A program made the position numbers and the translations under genes. The notes under the pieces are model-generated. The model saw nothing but the letters and a program-made list of their open reading frames with translations. It searched no databases and was not told the origin of the DNA. From Bacteroidales bacterium (GTDB lineage: Bacteria; Bacteroidota; Bacteroidia; Bacteroidales; JAGONC01): a stretch of 64,000 bases of DNA. Positions 54,289 through 64,000 of the stretch are shown here, in pieces (positions within the stretch are counted from its first letter, which is position 1; each line of letters opens with the position of its first letter). The stretch lies in assembly GCA_035342335.1 (NCBI GenBank), contig DAOQWY010000016.1, positions 11,711-75,710 of the forward strand, written 5' to 3'.

Positions 54289-54324
54289 AATGATAATCGT
54301 CAACGACATAAAAAGGAGCATCCC

Positions 54325-57300
54325 ATGAAGATACGGATGATGCAAAAAGTGATCGCCACACTCTTTTTCCTGACCACTGCCTGGGGATTCCAGGCGGGTA
54401 ACCTGTGCAGGGGACAGGAAGTTGGCAATCCTTTTATCAAAAATCTGGGGCCGGAAACATACAATGCACATTCCCAGAATTTTACAGTAGCCCAGGACAA
54501 GAGAGGGGTCATGTATTTTGGTAACTTTTCCGGGATCCTCGAATACGACGGGGACCAGTGGCGACTCATCCCAACTGAAAACATTTCCAGGGTTTCATCC
54601 CTTTCCATCGCTGCCAACGGTATCGTTTACGTCGGGGCAAGAGGTGAAATGGGCTACCTGTCACCCGATCCTTCCGGGAATATGGCATTCGTATCCCTGA
54701 ACGACCTGATCCCATCGGACTACAGAAATTTTCTGGATGTCCTGGGAACGTATGCCACCTCAAAAGGAGTATATTTTGTAACGGAACAGTTCATTTTCTT
54801 TTATGATTTTGACTTCATTCAAGTGACGGAGGTTGACGGAGGGGTCCTGTCCTCGCAGTGCATCCATGATACCCTTTATTGCTGGGTCGAAAACAAAGGA
54901 TTGGTCAAGTACGGCCACGGGCATCCGGAGCTGTTGGTCGACCGGCATTCCGGTGATGGCATCCTGGAAATCAGAGTCCTGATCACGGTGAACGACACGA
55001 CGTTCCTGCTGGGGACCGCCGGTCAGGGGCTTTTCTGGCTGAGAGGACGCGATGTCGAAGGATTCAGAACGAATGCAGGCACTGATCTCACCGGGATCCA
55101 GTTCAGGTGTGGAGTTCAGTTGCAGGATGGCACCTTTGCATTCGGAACAGAGAGGAATGGGATCATCATCGTGGAACCCGGCGGGAACATCCGGCAGGTG
55201 ATCAATGCAAAAAACGGCCTCAGGAACGATAATGTCGCATTCCTATACAAAGGCAGAGAGGGAAATCTCTGGGCTGCACTGAACAATGGTCTTGCCCTGA
55301 TCGCCATCCCATCACCCATTTCCTATTTCGTTGAACAAAGAGGGATCAGTGGCGGTGTGACTGATATAACCCGGATAAATTCGACACTTTTTGTTTCCAC
55401 TTATCAGGGTTTGTTCCATTACGACATGCCCGATCACACATTTAAATCTGTTTCCGGGATCACCACCGGATGCTGGGCGATCCTCCCTGACGATGATGGC
55501 CTGCTGGCCGCCACCAGCAAAGGAGTATACCAGGTCAGGGGACTCCGTCCGGTCCTGATCACAGAAGGGTCATCCTATGCACTTTGCAGGTCAGCGTTCA
55601 ATCCATCCATTCTCTATGCAGGACAAACCGGGAGCATGCTGGTTATGGAAAAAACAACGGGTCAATGGAAAACCAGAAGCACGGTCACCGGAATTAACGG
55701 CGAAATCATGGAAATCGCCGAGGAAAAGGACGGATCGGTATGGATGAATACCCCGTTGAGTGGCCTCTACCTTTACCGGCCAGCCGCATCAGCCCTGATC
55801 CAGCGATACGACACCACCAGCGGGCTTCCGTTCATGACCGGTAATCATCTCAGCAAGCTGACTTCCGGAATCCAACTGAACACCCGTCAGGGACTCTATC
55901 GGTACAATCCTGAAAGCAAGGCATTTGAAGTATTTCAACTCTTCCCTGAAGACAGCATCAACCGGAATATCTGGCTGAAGTCGACCGTTGAGGATCATCA
56001 GGGCAATCTATGGACCACCAACGGGGATGACAAAGGCATAACCTTTTACAGGAGGAACCAGGGTATCCTTTCCGAAAAGGTCACCACCCCGTATCGCCCC
56101 CTGAATGATCTGGTGGTATGGAACATTTACACCGAAAAAAACGGCATTGTCTGGTTCGGGGGACCCGACGGATTGTTTCGGTACGATCCCTCCGTTCACA
56201 CGCACCACGACGTGGATTTCCAAACGCTGATCCGGCAAGTGACCATCAAGGGGGATTCAACGGTCTTCCGGGGAACGTTTTATGACCGGGATGGCATCAC
56301 TGCCGGCCAGCCAGGTGAATATCCTCCGATGGCCATCGACTATGCGCACAATTCCATTCTGTTTGAATATGCCTCTGTCAGCATGCATGTCAGGGGAGAA
56401 AATGAATACCAGTACATCCTGGAAGGATTTGACAAAGGCTGGTCAGAATGGAGGAATGAAAACACCAAGGAATACACCAACCTGCCAAAAGGGGACTATG
56501 TATTCCGTGTACGATCAAAAAATGCTTACGACCGGATAAGCAATGACGCCGTATTCTCATTCCGGATCCTGACTCCGTGGTACAGGTTATGGTGGGCATA
56601 CCTGCTTTACGCATTGATCCTCGGCGGGATCGTCTACCTGATCGTCCGTCTGCGGTCACGTAAATTACTGAAGGAAAAGCAGGCGCTGGAAGAGGTCATC
56701 CAGGAGAGGACCACCGAGGTGGTCAGGCAAAAAGAAGAGATCGAGCACAAATCCCTGGAGCTGTCCGAAAAGAACTACGAGCTGGAGAGGATCAATAAGA
56801 CTGTCAAGTCAATCAACGAAGAAATCCACGTTGCACGTCTGACAGAATCAGTACTTGAAAAAATGAGCGCCATACCGGGAGTTGAAAGAGCTCTTGCCCT
56901 TGTCAGAGATCAGTCAGCACAGATCTTCAGGTACAAGGCTGGTTTTCAATGGGATACATCTGAGCTGGAAAACATTCAGTACGAGCTGGAGGAGGCCGAG
57001 GAGCGTTATTTGAAAAATGCCCTGGAAGTCCACGAGGATATTTTCGTCAAATCAGACCCGGTGAATCTGGCAGAAGCCCCTGAATTTAAACAGACAGGCC
57101 CACCCCGGTCGATGATCATTCTGGTTATCAAGGTTGAAGAAAAGGTCGAAGGCATGCTGTTATTCATGAATATGACCAGGGAAAATGCATTTGACATGCG
57201 TGACCTCGGATTCCTTAAGAATTCCAAGGAACATATCATCTCCGCATTCATCAAGTCCAGGATCCTGGAGGATCTTCAGCATACGCTCGAGAACCTGAAA

Positions 57301-58104
57301 GAAACACAAAAACAACTGATCCAGTCCGAAAAGCTGGCATCGCTGGGGCAACTGACCGCTGGCATTGCCCATGAAATCCAGAATCCGCTGAATTTTGTCA
57401 ACAATTTTTCTTCGCTGTCGATGGATCTGACACGTGAACTGACGGAATACATCGAAAAAGAGAAAGGCAATCTATCTACTGAAACGTTGGGAGATATAGA
57501 GGAAGTGATCACCATGCTTGATTCCAATGTGAAGAAGATCAACGAACATGGCAAACGGGCTGAGCGGATCGTCAAGGGGATGCTGCAACATTCCAGGGGG
57601 AAATCAGGTGAATTTCTATCCACCGACCTGAATACACTGGTCGAGGAATATGTTAACCTTTCGTATCACGGGATCAGGGCAGAGAACAAGGAGTTCAATG
57701 CCACATTCGTTAAGGATTTCGATCCCGGGGTGGGAAAGGTGAAAATCGTTCCGCAGGACTTCAGCAGGGTGATCCTGAACATCATGAACAACGCCTGTTA
57801 TGCCGTTTTTGAGAAAAGCCAGAAAAAAAAGGAGGGATATACCCCAACCATCGGGATCACAACGCAGCGGGCCGAACAGCAGGTCATTGTCCGGATCAAG
57901 GACAACGGTACCGGCATTCCGCAATCCATCCTCGATAAAATCTTCAATCCGTTCTTCACCACCAAGCCAACAGGAAAAGGAACCGGATTGGGACTTTCGA
58001 TGAGCTACGACATTGTGACTAATATACATAACGGGAAGCTGGATGTCATCTCCGTCGAAGGTGAGTCAACGGAATTCGTTGTCACCATTCCGGATATCAA
58101 ATGA
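54325..58104 (+). CDS. Sensor histidine kinase with a periplasmic two-component-regulator propeller + Y_Y_Y domain
   Basis: 1259-aa ORF with a signal peptide and ~700 aa of Reg_prop-type repeats. The Y_Y_Y module is [41 protein letters not shown]. The TM segment is [20 protein letters not shown] coiled coil and a GAF-like segment follow. The HisKA H-box is [15 protein letters not shown]. HATPase_c is DNGTGIP...GTGLGLS. There is no receiver domain. Confidence 0.85.
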   Translation: MKIRMMQKVIATLFFLTTAWGFQAGNLCRGQEVGNPFIKNLGPETYNAHSQNFTVAQDKRGVMYFGNFSGILEYDGDQWRLIPTENISRVSSLSIAANGIVYVGARGEMGYLSPDPSGNMAFVSLNDLIPSDYRNFLDVLGTYATSKGVYFVTEQFIFFYDFDFIQVTEVDGGVLSSQCIHDTLYCWVENKGLVKYGHGHPELLVDRHSGDGILEIRVLITVNDTTFLLGTAGQGLFWLRGRDVEGFRTNAGTDLTGIQFRCGVQLQDGTFAFGTERNGIIIVEPGGNIRQVINAKNGLRNDNVAFLYKGREGNLWAALNNGLALIAIPSPISYFVEQRGISGGVTDITRINSTLFVSTYQGLFHYDMPDHTFKSVSGITTGCWAILPDDDGLLAATSKGVYQVRGLRPVLITEGSSYALCRSAFNPSILYAGQTGSMLVMEKTTGQWKTRSTVTGINGEIMEIAEEKDGSVWMNTPLSGLYLYRPAASALIQRYDTTSGLPFMTGNHLSKLTSGIQLNTRQGLYRYNPESKAFEVFQLFPEDSINRNIWLKSTVEDHQGNLWTTNGDDKGITFYRRNQGILSEKVTTPYRPLNDLVVWNIYTEKNGIVWFGGPDGLFRYDPSVHTHHDVDFQTLIRQVTIKGDSTVFRGTFYDRDGITAGQPGEYPPMAIDYAHNSILFEYASVSMHVRGENEYQYILEGFDKGWSEWRNENTKEYTNLPKGDYVFRVRSKNAYDRISNDAVFSFRILTPWYRLWWAYLLYALILGGIVYLIVRLRSRKLLKEKQALEEVIQERTTEVVRQKEEIEHKSLELSEKNYELERINKTVKSINEEIHVARLTESVLEKMSAIPGVERALALVRDQSAQIFRYKAGFQWDTSELENIQYELEEAEERYLKNALEVHEDIFVKSDPVNLAEAPEFKQTGPPRSMIILVIKVEEKVEGMLLFMNMTRENAFDMRDLGFLKNSKEHIISAFIKSRILEDLQHTLENLKETQKQLIQSEKLASLGQLTAGIAHEIQNPLNFVNNFSSLSMDLTRELTEYIEKEKGNLSTETLGDIEEVITMLDSNVKKINEHGKRAERIVKGMLQHSRGKSGEFLSTDLNTLVEEYVNLSYHGIRAENKEFNATFVKDFDPGVGKVKIVPQDFSRVILNIMNNACYAVFEKSQKKKEGYTPTIGITTQRAEQQVIVRIKDNGTGIPQSILDKIFNPFFTTKPTGKGTGLGLSMSYDIVTNIHNGKLDVISVEGESTEFVVTIPDIK

Positions 58105-58122
58105 TCACGAAGTGAAGAAGAA

Positions 58123-58749
58123 ATGAATGCGTACCTGATCCGAAGATCTTCTAACCTCGTGTTGCTGGCTTTCATCCTGATGACTGGAAAAATGCAGGCC
58201 CAGACCACCTTCATGATCCATGAATTCAATCTGATTTACCGGGGCGAGTTCAAACCCAGGCTTTCACTCAAGGCAGATCATTGGTTTACCGACCGTCTGG
58301 CCTTTAACAGTTATTTTTACGCCACCCCTAACTGGTCGGAAGGAGATGTCGGAATCGGTTATCAGGTCGCCAACTGGGCTTATGTTGGCTGCATGGTCGG
58401 CATTCAGAATGAAGGGGATCACCTGATGCGGATCATGCCGAACTTTTACCTTGTCAAAGGAAATTTTTCGCTGCTGGGCCTTTTCGGACACGGCATCGGT
58501 ACAGATACCGACCGTTTTGCACTGCAGTTCTTTTACAATTTCGGGTCCTTCAAGGTTGGAGCCGAGGGGATCAAGGAATTCACCATCCGGGCACTTGGAC
58601 CGCGTTTTGACTATACCCTGGTGGACGCGCCATCGATCCACCTCTGGGCTGCACCGTACTATGATTTTACCTACGACAAGTACGCTGCCATGTTTGGATT
58701 GTACGCCATATTTGGGAGCATCAGCCCGAAAGAAACACTTTTTGATTGA
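58123..58749 (+). CDS. Hypothetical secreted protein, possible small outer-membrane beta-barrel
   Basis: 208-aa ORF. The signal peptide is LVLLAFILMTGKMQAQ. Alternating hydrophobic/aromatic strands run throughout. No family was recognised. Confidence 0.4.
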   Translation: MNAYLIRRSSNLVLLAFILMTGKMQAQTTFMIHEFNLIYRGEFKPRLSLKADHWFTDRLAFNSYFYATPNWSEGDVGIGYQVANWAYVGCMVGIQNEGDHLMRIMPNFYLVKGNFSLLGLFGHGIGTDTDRFALQFFYNFGSFKVGAEGIKEFTIRALGPRFDYTLVDAPSIHLWAAPYYDFTYDKYAAMFGLYAIFGSISPKETLFD

Positions 58750-58841
58750 TAAAGGAGGAACCATAGTCAATTTAATGGATCGAAATTGCTATATTTGGAA
58801 AGTCATAACAGAATCACTTACCCGTAAACCAAAAGAACCAT

Positions 58842-60020
58842 ATGGCAAAGAATGATCCGATCAAGATCATGATTGTAGACGATGAGCTGGATCTGGAGAT
58901 CCTTTTCCGTCAGAAATTCCGGAAGCAACTCAAAGAGAGCGAATGGAGATTCGAATTTGCAGCGAACGGCCTTCAGGCACTGGCGCTCCTTCTGGAGCAC
59001 CCGGATACATCCATCATCCTGTCGGACATCAACATGCCCGAAATGGACGGGTTGACCTTGCTGGCAAGGCTCAATGAGCTGAAAAATCCTGCCCTGAAGA
59101 CCGTGATCGTATCTGCTTACGGAGACATGGACAACATCAGGACCGCCATGAACCGGGGTGCGTTTGATTTCATAACAAAGCCCATCAATTTTGATGATCT
59201 GGAGATCACGATCCATAAGACCATCGAACAGATCCGGATTCTTTACAAGGCAAATGAAGAGCACGAAGAGCTGGTTGCCCTGCAGCACGATTTGAACATT
59301 GCGGCCGAGATCCAGCATTCCATTCTTCCAAAGAAATTCCCGCCCTTTCCCGACCGGACCGATTTCGACATCCACGCCTTTATGAATGCAGCCAAGTCGG
59401 TCGGGGGGGATTTCTACGACTTTTTCCTGATCGATCAGGACCATATCGGGCTGGTGATCGCTGATGTTTCAGATAAAGGCATCCCGGCCGCCATTTACAT
59501 GGCGGTCAGCCGCACCATTATCCGGGCAGCCGCCATAAAAGGCCTTCCGCCAAAGGAGTGCCTGGAATACTCCAACCAGCTGCTCTGCAAGGAAAACGTA
59601 AACCAGATGTTCGTAACGGTCTTTTACGGAATCCTCAATACCCAGACCGGGGAGTTCCACTATACCAACGGCGGGCACAACCCACCTTATGTGATCAGCC
59701 GGGGAGGGATGGTCAGAAGCCTTGAGAAAACCGGCGATGTCGTGCTCGGGGCCATCGATGATGTGCCTTACCATCAGAAAAGCACAAAGTTCCAGCCAGG
59801 AGAAGCGCTGTTTCTTTACACCGACGGGGTGACAGAAGCCATGAATGTCAACTATGAACTTTTTTCGGAAGCACGCCTCGAATCGGCGCTGAAGGCTGCC
59901 AGTCAGAACACACCGGGTGAGATCATCCTGCAGGTTTCGTCAGCCATTGAAAACTTTACCCTGGGTGCTCAGCAATCAGACGATATCACAATGATGGTGG
60001 TGAGGTATAACCCAGCATAA
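58842..60020 (+). CDS. Response regulator receiver fused to a PP2C/SpoIIE-type Ser phosphatase (RsbU-like)
   Basis: The receiver domain shows IMIVDDELD...ILSDINMPEMDG...SAYGD...ITKP. The PPM domain shows GGDFYDFF...VIADVSDKGIPAA...YTDGVTEA...DDITMMVV. Confidence 0.9.
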   Translation: MAKNDPIKIMIVDDELDLEILFRQKFRKQLKESEWRFEFAANGLQALALLLEHPDTSIILSDINMPEMDGLTLLARLNELKNPALKTVIVSAYGDMDNIRTAMNRGAFDFITKPINFDDLEITIHKTIEQIRILYKANEEHEELVALQHDLNIAAEIQHSILPKKFPPFPDRTDFDIHAFMNAAKSVGGDFYDFFLIDQDHIGLVIADVSDKGIPAAIYMAVSRTIIRAAAIKGLPPKECLEYSNQLLCKENVNQMFVTVFYGILNTQTGEFHYTNGGHNPPYVISRGGMVRSLEKTGDVVLGAIDDVPYHQKSTKFQPGEALFLYTDGVTEAMNVNYELFSEARLESALKAASQNTPGEIILQVSSAIENFTLGAQQSDDITMMVVRYNPA

Positions 60021-60035
60021 AATCCCTGAAAGACC

Positions 60036-61160
60036 GTGCTCCGACTGAAAAAAACACCCTCCATCTTCAAAGGTTTGCTATGGGTCCTCCTTGTAGCGCT
60101 TATCCTGCTTTTTACCGACCGCCACAACCGTCATCCCGAACCCGGGAAGGGAAACAAGACCTATCAAAACCTTACCGTACCAATGCTGATGGATGATGAG
60201 ATCACCCCTGAATTTAAAGCCTATGTCAGAGAAGGGCTTTCAAAGGGATGGCCGGTTGAGCGAATGAGACTGGCCCTGATCGAATACTCCGACAGTCCCT
60301 TTACGGAATATACGGAAGAGGGCATAAAAGATGGGTTGAACAGGATTGGTCTGGTAGCAGATCAGGATTACCTGCTTGAAATCATGAATGCCCAGGGCGA
60401 CATCACCATGTTGAACAGTATCATGGATGTTGTAGCCGTCAAACCATTCGATTTTGTGATGACAACCTCCACCCCTACCCTTCAGGCTGCATGCAGAAAG
60501 CTGCCGCACAAAACCGTAATCTTTACCACAGTGGCTGATCCTGTTACTGCCGGTGCCGGAACAAGCTTTACAGAACACCGGCCGAACATGACCGGGATCT
60601 CGACCCTGTCCGACTTTGAAGGCATGGTCAGGCTGGTCAGGGCGCTGATGCCGGGGATGACAAGAGTTGGCACGCTGTTCAATCCGTCGGAAGTGAATGC
60701 CGTTGTGAACAAGGAGACCTTTGAATCCACCCTGGCCTCCAACGGGTTGACCCTGGTAGCCGTTCCGGTGAATGCTGCATCTGAAATCGGCAATGCAGTC
60801 CAATCGCTTGCTGCAATGGATATCCAGGCCATCTGCCAGGTCATCGATAACATAACGGGAGCAGCTTTCCCTCAGATCATCCGCGTGGCCAATGACTGCC
60901 ATTTACCTTACTTCACGTTTGACTCCCCCCAGATCAAGGATGGAGCCCTGGCTGCCGTTGCCAGGGATTACCACCAGGCAGGCATTGAAGGGGTTTACCT
61001 GCTGGCCAGGGTCATCGCCGGTGAAGATCCTGCAGCAATTCCCTTTCAGTTTGTCAGCAAGACCGATATTCTGATCAATAAACACGTTGCTGAAAAATCA
61101 GAGATAAAGATACCGGCGGCCTACCAGGCGTATTTGATTGAAGTGAAAGATCATGAGTGA
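60036..61160 (+). CDS. ABC transporter substrate-binding protein (ABC_sub_bind/COG2984-like)
   Basis: 374-aa ORF with a GTG start and an N-terminal anchor. RVGTLFNPSEVNAV...LVAVPVNAASEIGNAVQSL...ICQVIDN is the pattern of the uncharacterised-ABC SBP family. Family recall is unverified. Confidence 0.65.
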   Translation: MLRLKKTPSIFKGLLWVLLVALILLFTDRHNRHPEPGKGNKTYQNLTVPMLMDDEITPEFKAYVREGLSKGWPVERMRLALIEYSDSPFTEYTEEGIKDGLNRIGLVADQDYLLEIMNAQGDITMLNSIMDVVAVKPFDFVMTTSTPTLQAACRKLPHKTVIFTTVADPVTAGAGTSFTEHRPNMTGISTLSDFEGMVRLVRALMPGMTRVGTLFNPSEVNAVVNKETFESTLASNGLTLVAVPVNAASEIGNAVQSLAAMDIQAICQVIDNITGAAFPQIIRVANDCHLPYFTFDSPQIKDGALAAVARDYHQAGIEGVYLLARVIAGEDPAAIPFQFVSKTDILINKHVAEKSEIKIPAAYQAYLIEVKDHE

Positions 61161-62400
61161 ACAATTTACCATCCGTAAAGAAATTAAGGAAGGGCAACTT
61201 CTTCTGGTACTGAACGGAAGGCTCGACGCCTACTGGTCGGACATTCTGGGTGAAGAGATGGATACCTGCATCCACGATGGACATTATTCGATCTCAGTGG
61301 ATACTGCCGGGATTACGTATGTCAGTTCAGCAGGTTTAAGGATCTTCCTGAATTATTACAAAAAACTCAAAGAGATCCAGGGTTCATTTGTTCTTATGAA
61401 AACCTCCCCGCAGGTAAGAACGATCCTTGAAATGGCTGGGCTGATGCAACTTATGCAGGGCAAAGAACACCTTGAACCGGAGGAGCCCAAAAAACAGACC
61501 GGGGAATCGCTCGTCGGTCACGTCAGGTATGTCATTCAACCCTTTGTTACGGAAGAAGGTCTGAAAGGATGGATCACCGGATCTGCAGGCGATCTGACCA
61601 CACGGAACATTACACCAGCCAGCGTCCGTTCCGTTGACTTTCACTCCGGCCTCTACGGTGCTGGCATCGGAGCATTTGGTGATGATTTTGGTGATTATTG
61701 TCACCGGATGGGTGAATTTATCGGACTTGGAGACGTGATTGCCTGTTTACCGACAGATGGCCGGAAAAAACCCGACTACCTGAGCAGGGTTGGCCGGATG
61801 GTACCGCGTGTCAACCTCCTCTACGGGCTTCTCTTTGAAGGAAAATTTTCGCACAAAATACGGTTTGAGATGACAGGTCCGAACAAAAAGATATACCTCA
61901 GCGACCTCATTGCTCAACTTCACGGGCTGATCCCTTTCGGAAGGGCCGGCATGGTCATGGTGGCTGAAACAACAGGTCTTGTGGGGGCTGCACTTTCAGC
62001 GGATCCGTTGTCGGGTGAGCTGTCAAACCCGCTGTTCTCCTTTCCGGAAATCAAACAACAGGTAACCGTTACAACAGAACCCGAGTTCAGCGGCAGGCTG
62101 ACGGTCACCACCGGTATGGTCGCCCTGGCAACAAATGATGAAGCGTATGGATATGGACGGCCGCTGAAGTCCGGCTCACCGTTTTTGGGACACTTGCATA
62201 CTGCCGTCTTTTCTTATCATCCGCTGAAAAAACAATGGGATGATCCGCAGGAGGTGATACATCGCCTGGTGGAGGAGCACCAGTTCGAAACGATCCTTCA
62301 CCTGCTTAATGATGAACGGCCCCATGCAGGAATCGGAGAAAGCGAATTTCAGACTGGTACGGTCTGGATGGGCGAGATAGAAACGCTGGAAAAAAACTGA
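61153..62400 (+). CDS. STAS-domain protein fused to a ~300-aa domain of unknown function
   Basis: 415-aa ORF. Residues 1-100 are STAS (LLLVLNGRLDAYW...SISVDTAGITYVSSAGLRIFLNYYKKL...FVLMKTSPQVRTILEMAGL). The remainder has no motif I recognise. It overlaps the SBP gene by 8 bp. Confidence 0.65.
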   Translation: MSEQFTIRKEIKEGQLLLVLNGRLDAYWSDILGEEMDTCIHDGHYSISVDTAGITYVSSAGLRIFLNYYKKLKEIQGSFVLMKTSPQVRTILEMAGLMQLMQGKEHLEPEEPKKQTGESLVGHVRYVIQPFVTEEGLKGWITGSAGDLTTRNITPASVRSVDFHSGLYGAGIGAFGDDFGDYCHRMGEFIGLGDVIACLPTDGRKKPDYLSRVGRMVPRVNLLYGLLFEGKFSHKIRFEMTGPNKKIYLSDLIAQLHGLIPFGRAGMVMVAETTGLVGAALSADPLSGELSNPLFSFPEIKQQVTVTTEPEFSGRLTVTTGMVALATNDEAYGYGRPLKSGSPFLGHLHTAVFSYHPLKKQWDDPQEVIHRLVEEHQFETILHLLNDERPHAGIGESEFQTGTVWMGEIETLEKN

Positions 62401-62415
62401 TCGAAAGGCACGACC

Positions 62416-63354
62416 ATGAGTTTACTGATAAGCTCCCTGATCATCGGACTAATTCTCTCGCTTCTGGCAGTCGGAGTTTTTATCAGTTTCCGCATCTTCA
62501 ATTTCCCCGACATCACCGTGGAAGGATCCATCACCTTTGGTGCTGCACTGGCTGCAGCTGCCATTCAAGGGGGCTTGCATCCGCTGGTTGGAACCCTGCT
62601 CGCATTTCTGGGAGGTTTCATCGCCGGCATGGTCACAGGGACCCTTCACGCCAAATTCAAGATCAATGCCCTGCTGGCGGGCATACTGGTCATGACCGCT
62701 TTATATTCGGTCAATCTGCACGTGATGGGCAAAAGCAATATTCCCCTGCTTACACAGACGACTTTGTTTACGTACGTGGAAAAACTTAGCAGCGTAGTGT
62801 TCCCTGCTACCGGCATCCTGAACCTGGCCGGGTGGAACGTTCAAGCCAGAGACATCATGGCTGCTTCCGTGTTGCTTATCACCATCTCACTGATCGGATG
62901 GATCTTGCGCTGGTTTTTCTCCAGCCATTTTGGCACGGCCATGCGAGCTACCGGGAACAATCAACAGATGATCAGGGCACTTGGTGTCAACACCAATCGG
63001 ATGATTGTCCTGGGGATCGGGCTGGCCAACGGACTGATTGGCCTATCCGGTGCCCTGCTTGCCCAGTACCAGGGATTTGCAGACGCTCAGATGGGCATAG
63101 GCATGCTGGTATGGGGACTTGCCAGCGTGATCATTGGTGAAGCGCTCATCAATCCACGAAGTGTCGGACTGCTGATCATGGGCGCGATCCTGGGCTCTGT
63201 TTTTTTTAGAATACTGGTGGCCATTGCACTCCGGTTAGGCATGAATCCAAACGATCTTAAACTGATCACAGCCCTGTTCGTCCTGATCGCCCTGGTGTTA
63301 CCAACCCTGTTAAAAAAACTCAGAATCAAACCCTTGATGAATGACTACAGGTGA
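62416..63354 (+). CDS. ABC transporter permease (BPD_transp_2/COG4120-like)
   Basis: 312-aa ORF with about 9 TM helices. AMRATGNNQQMIRALGVNTNRM is the conserved cytoplasmic loop of this permease family. Confidence 0.8.
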   Translation: MSLLISSLIIGLILSLLAVGVFISFRIFNFPDITVEGSITFGAALAAAAIQGGLHPLVGTLLAFLGGFIAGMVTGTLHAKFKINALLAGILVMTALYSVNLHVMGKSNIPLLTQTTLFTYVEKLSSVVFPATGILNLAGWNVQARDIMAASVLLITISLIGWILRWFFSSHFGTAMRATGNNQQMIRALGVNTNRMIVLGIGLANGLIGLSGALLAQYQGFADAQMGIGMLVWGLASVIIGEALINPRSVGLLIMGAILGSVFFRILVAIALRLGMNPNDLKLITALFVLIALVLPTLLKKLRIKPLMNDYR

Positions 63355-64000
63355 ACCCATACTGAGGATCATCGATCTCTGGAAGACCTTTCACCCGGGC
63401 ACCCCCAATGAGGTCAGGGCACTGCAGGGGATCAGCTGCGAAATCCAGGCCGGGAGCTTTGTCATCCTGGTGGGGACCAACGGCAGCGGAAAATCGACCC
63501 TGCTGAATGCAGTTGCCGGGACCTTCCTGCCCGACTCCGGTAAAATCCTGTTCAAACAAAAGGATATCACGCATAAACCTGAGCACAAAAGGGCACTTCA
63601 TTTCGGCAGGGTCTTTCAGAATCCGTTCTCCGGCACCGCTCCTGACATGACCGTTTCCGAGAACCTGTCGCTGGCAGCAAAAAAAGGATCCCCCCGTGGA
63701 CTGGGCTTGGCCCTGAACGCAAGGAGCAGGTCCCTTTTCAGGGAACGGATCAAATCGCTGAACATGGAAATGGAAGACAGGCTCCAGACACCCATTGGAA
63801 AGCTTTCCGGAGGTCAGCGCCAGGCCATCACGCTGCTGATGGCCTCGTGGGTGAAACCCGACATCCTGCTGCTGGATGAACATACTGCCGCCCTGGATCC
63901 CAAAACAGCCTCCAAGGTAGTTCAGCTCACCCGCGAAATCGTCGAAAAGGATCACCTGACTACCCTGATGGTCACACATTCCATGCAGCAGGCCATTCTT
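63341..64000 (+). CDS. ABC transporter ATP-binding protein (COG1101-like), C-terminal end cut by the window edge
   Basis: It is absent from the ORF track because it is open-ended. Manual translation from the ATG at 63341 gives MTTGEPILRIIDLWKTFHPGTPNEVRALQGISCEIQAGSFVILVGTNGSGKSTLLNAVAG...LSGGQRQAITLLMA...ILLLDEHTAALD. Walker A, signature and Walker B are all present. It overlaps the permease gene by 14 bp. Confidence 0.9.
   Translation, partial: MTTGEPILRIIDLWKTFHPGTPNEVRALQGISCEIQAGSFVILVGTNGSGKSTLLNAVAGTFLPDSGKILFKQKDITHKPEHKRALHFGRVFQNPFSGTAPDMTVSENLSLAAKKGSPRGLGLALNARSRSLFRERIKSLNMEMEDRLQTPIGKLSGGQRQAITLLMASWVKPDILLLDEHTAALDPKTASKVVQLTREIVEKDHLTTLMVTHSMQQAIL

Noticed and set aside
63326-63979. 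217-aa - strand ORF
   Set aside because: The + strand frame encodes a textbook ABC ATPase (GTNGSGKST, LSGGQRQ, LLLDEHT). The minus-strand ORF is its shadow.
1-64000. Mobile elements, prophage, genomic-island boundaries, rRNA
   Set aside because: No transposase, integrase, recombinase, phage structural or conjugation motif was seen in any frame. The single tRNA is not followed by direct-repeat attachment-site-like duplicates that I could find. No rRNA-like sequence was seen.

Overview
The window looks like a Bacteroidota chromosomal segment, about 90% coding. The phylum call rests on two T9SS C-terminal sorting domains, TAnnTTTG -7 promoter boxes, a DUF4199-like protein and an XrtF-like exosortase pair. 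No transposase, integrase, phage gene or CRISPR array was seen.

Gene content from left to right:
- 1-3275: surface-polysaccharide genes (GHMP sugar kinase, GT4, GT2, DUF4199-like).
- 3503-4353: SRP RNA, tsaC-like gene and tRNA-Lys.
- 4409-22462: two adjacent giant secreted proteins (2741 and 3218 aa) that fill about 18 kb. One carries five cohesin-like modules and the other a dockerin-like module.
- 22463-23348: a 0.9 kb AT-rich upstream region.
- 23349-42778: a housekeeping block (rfbD, phosphosugar mutase, G-domain-less FeoB-like permease, recA, bcp, nth, AraC regulator, XrtF-like pair, ECF sigma, uvrA, Zn/Mn ABC transporter). Its intergenic spacers are unusually rich in structured repeats.
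- 42783-64000: a dense signalling supercluster.

The supercluster is the most interesting part. An RsbW-type kinase / STAS operon ends in a stand-alone class III cyclase-like gene. Diverging from it is a co-directional run of about 20 kb. That run encodes a STAND NTPase-TM-coiled coil-WD40 protein, a TonB-dependent receptor, a formyltransferase-like protein, a transporter-HEAT-cNMP-binding fusion, a propeller sensor kinase, a response regulator-PP2C phosphatase, and an ABC transporter interrupted by a STAS-fusion gene.

A second cyclase-like gene sits between uvrA and the Zn transporter. All product calls come from reading motifs in the translations; no database search was run.
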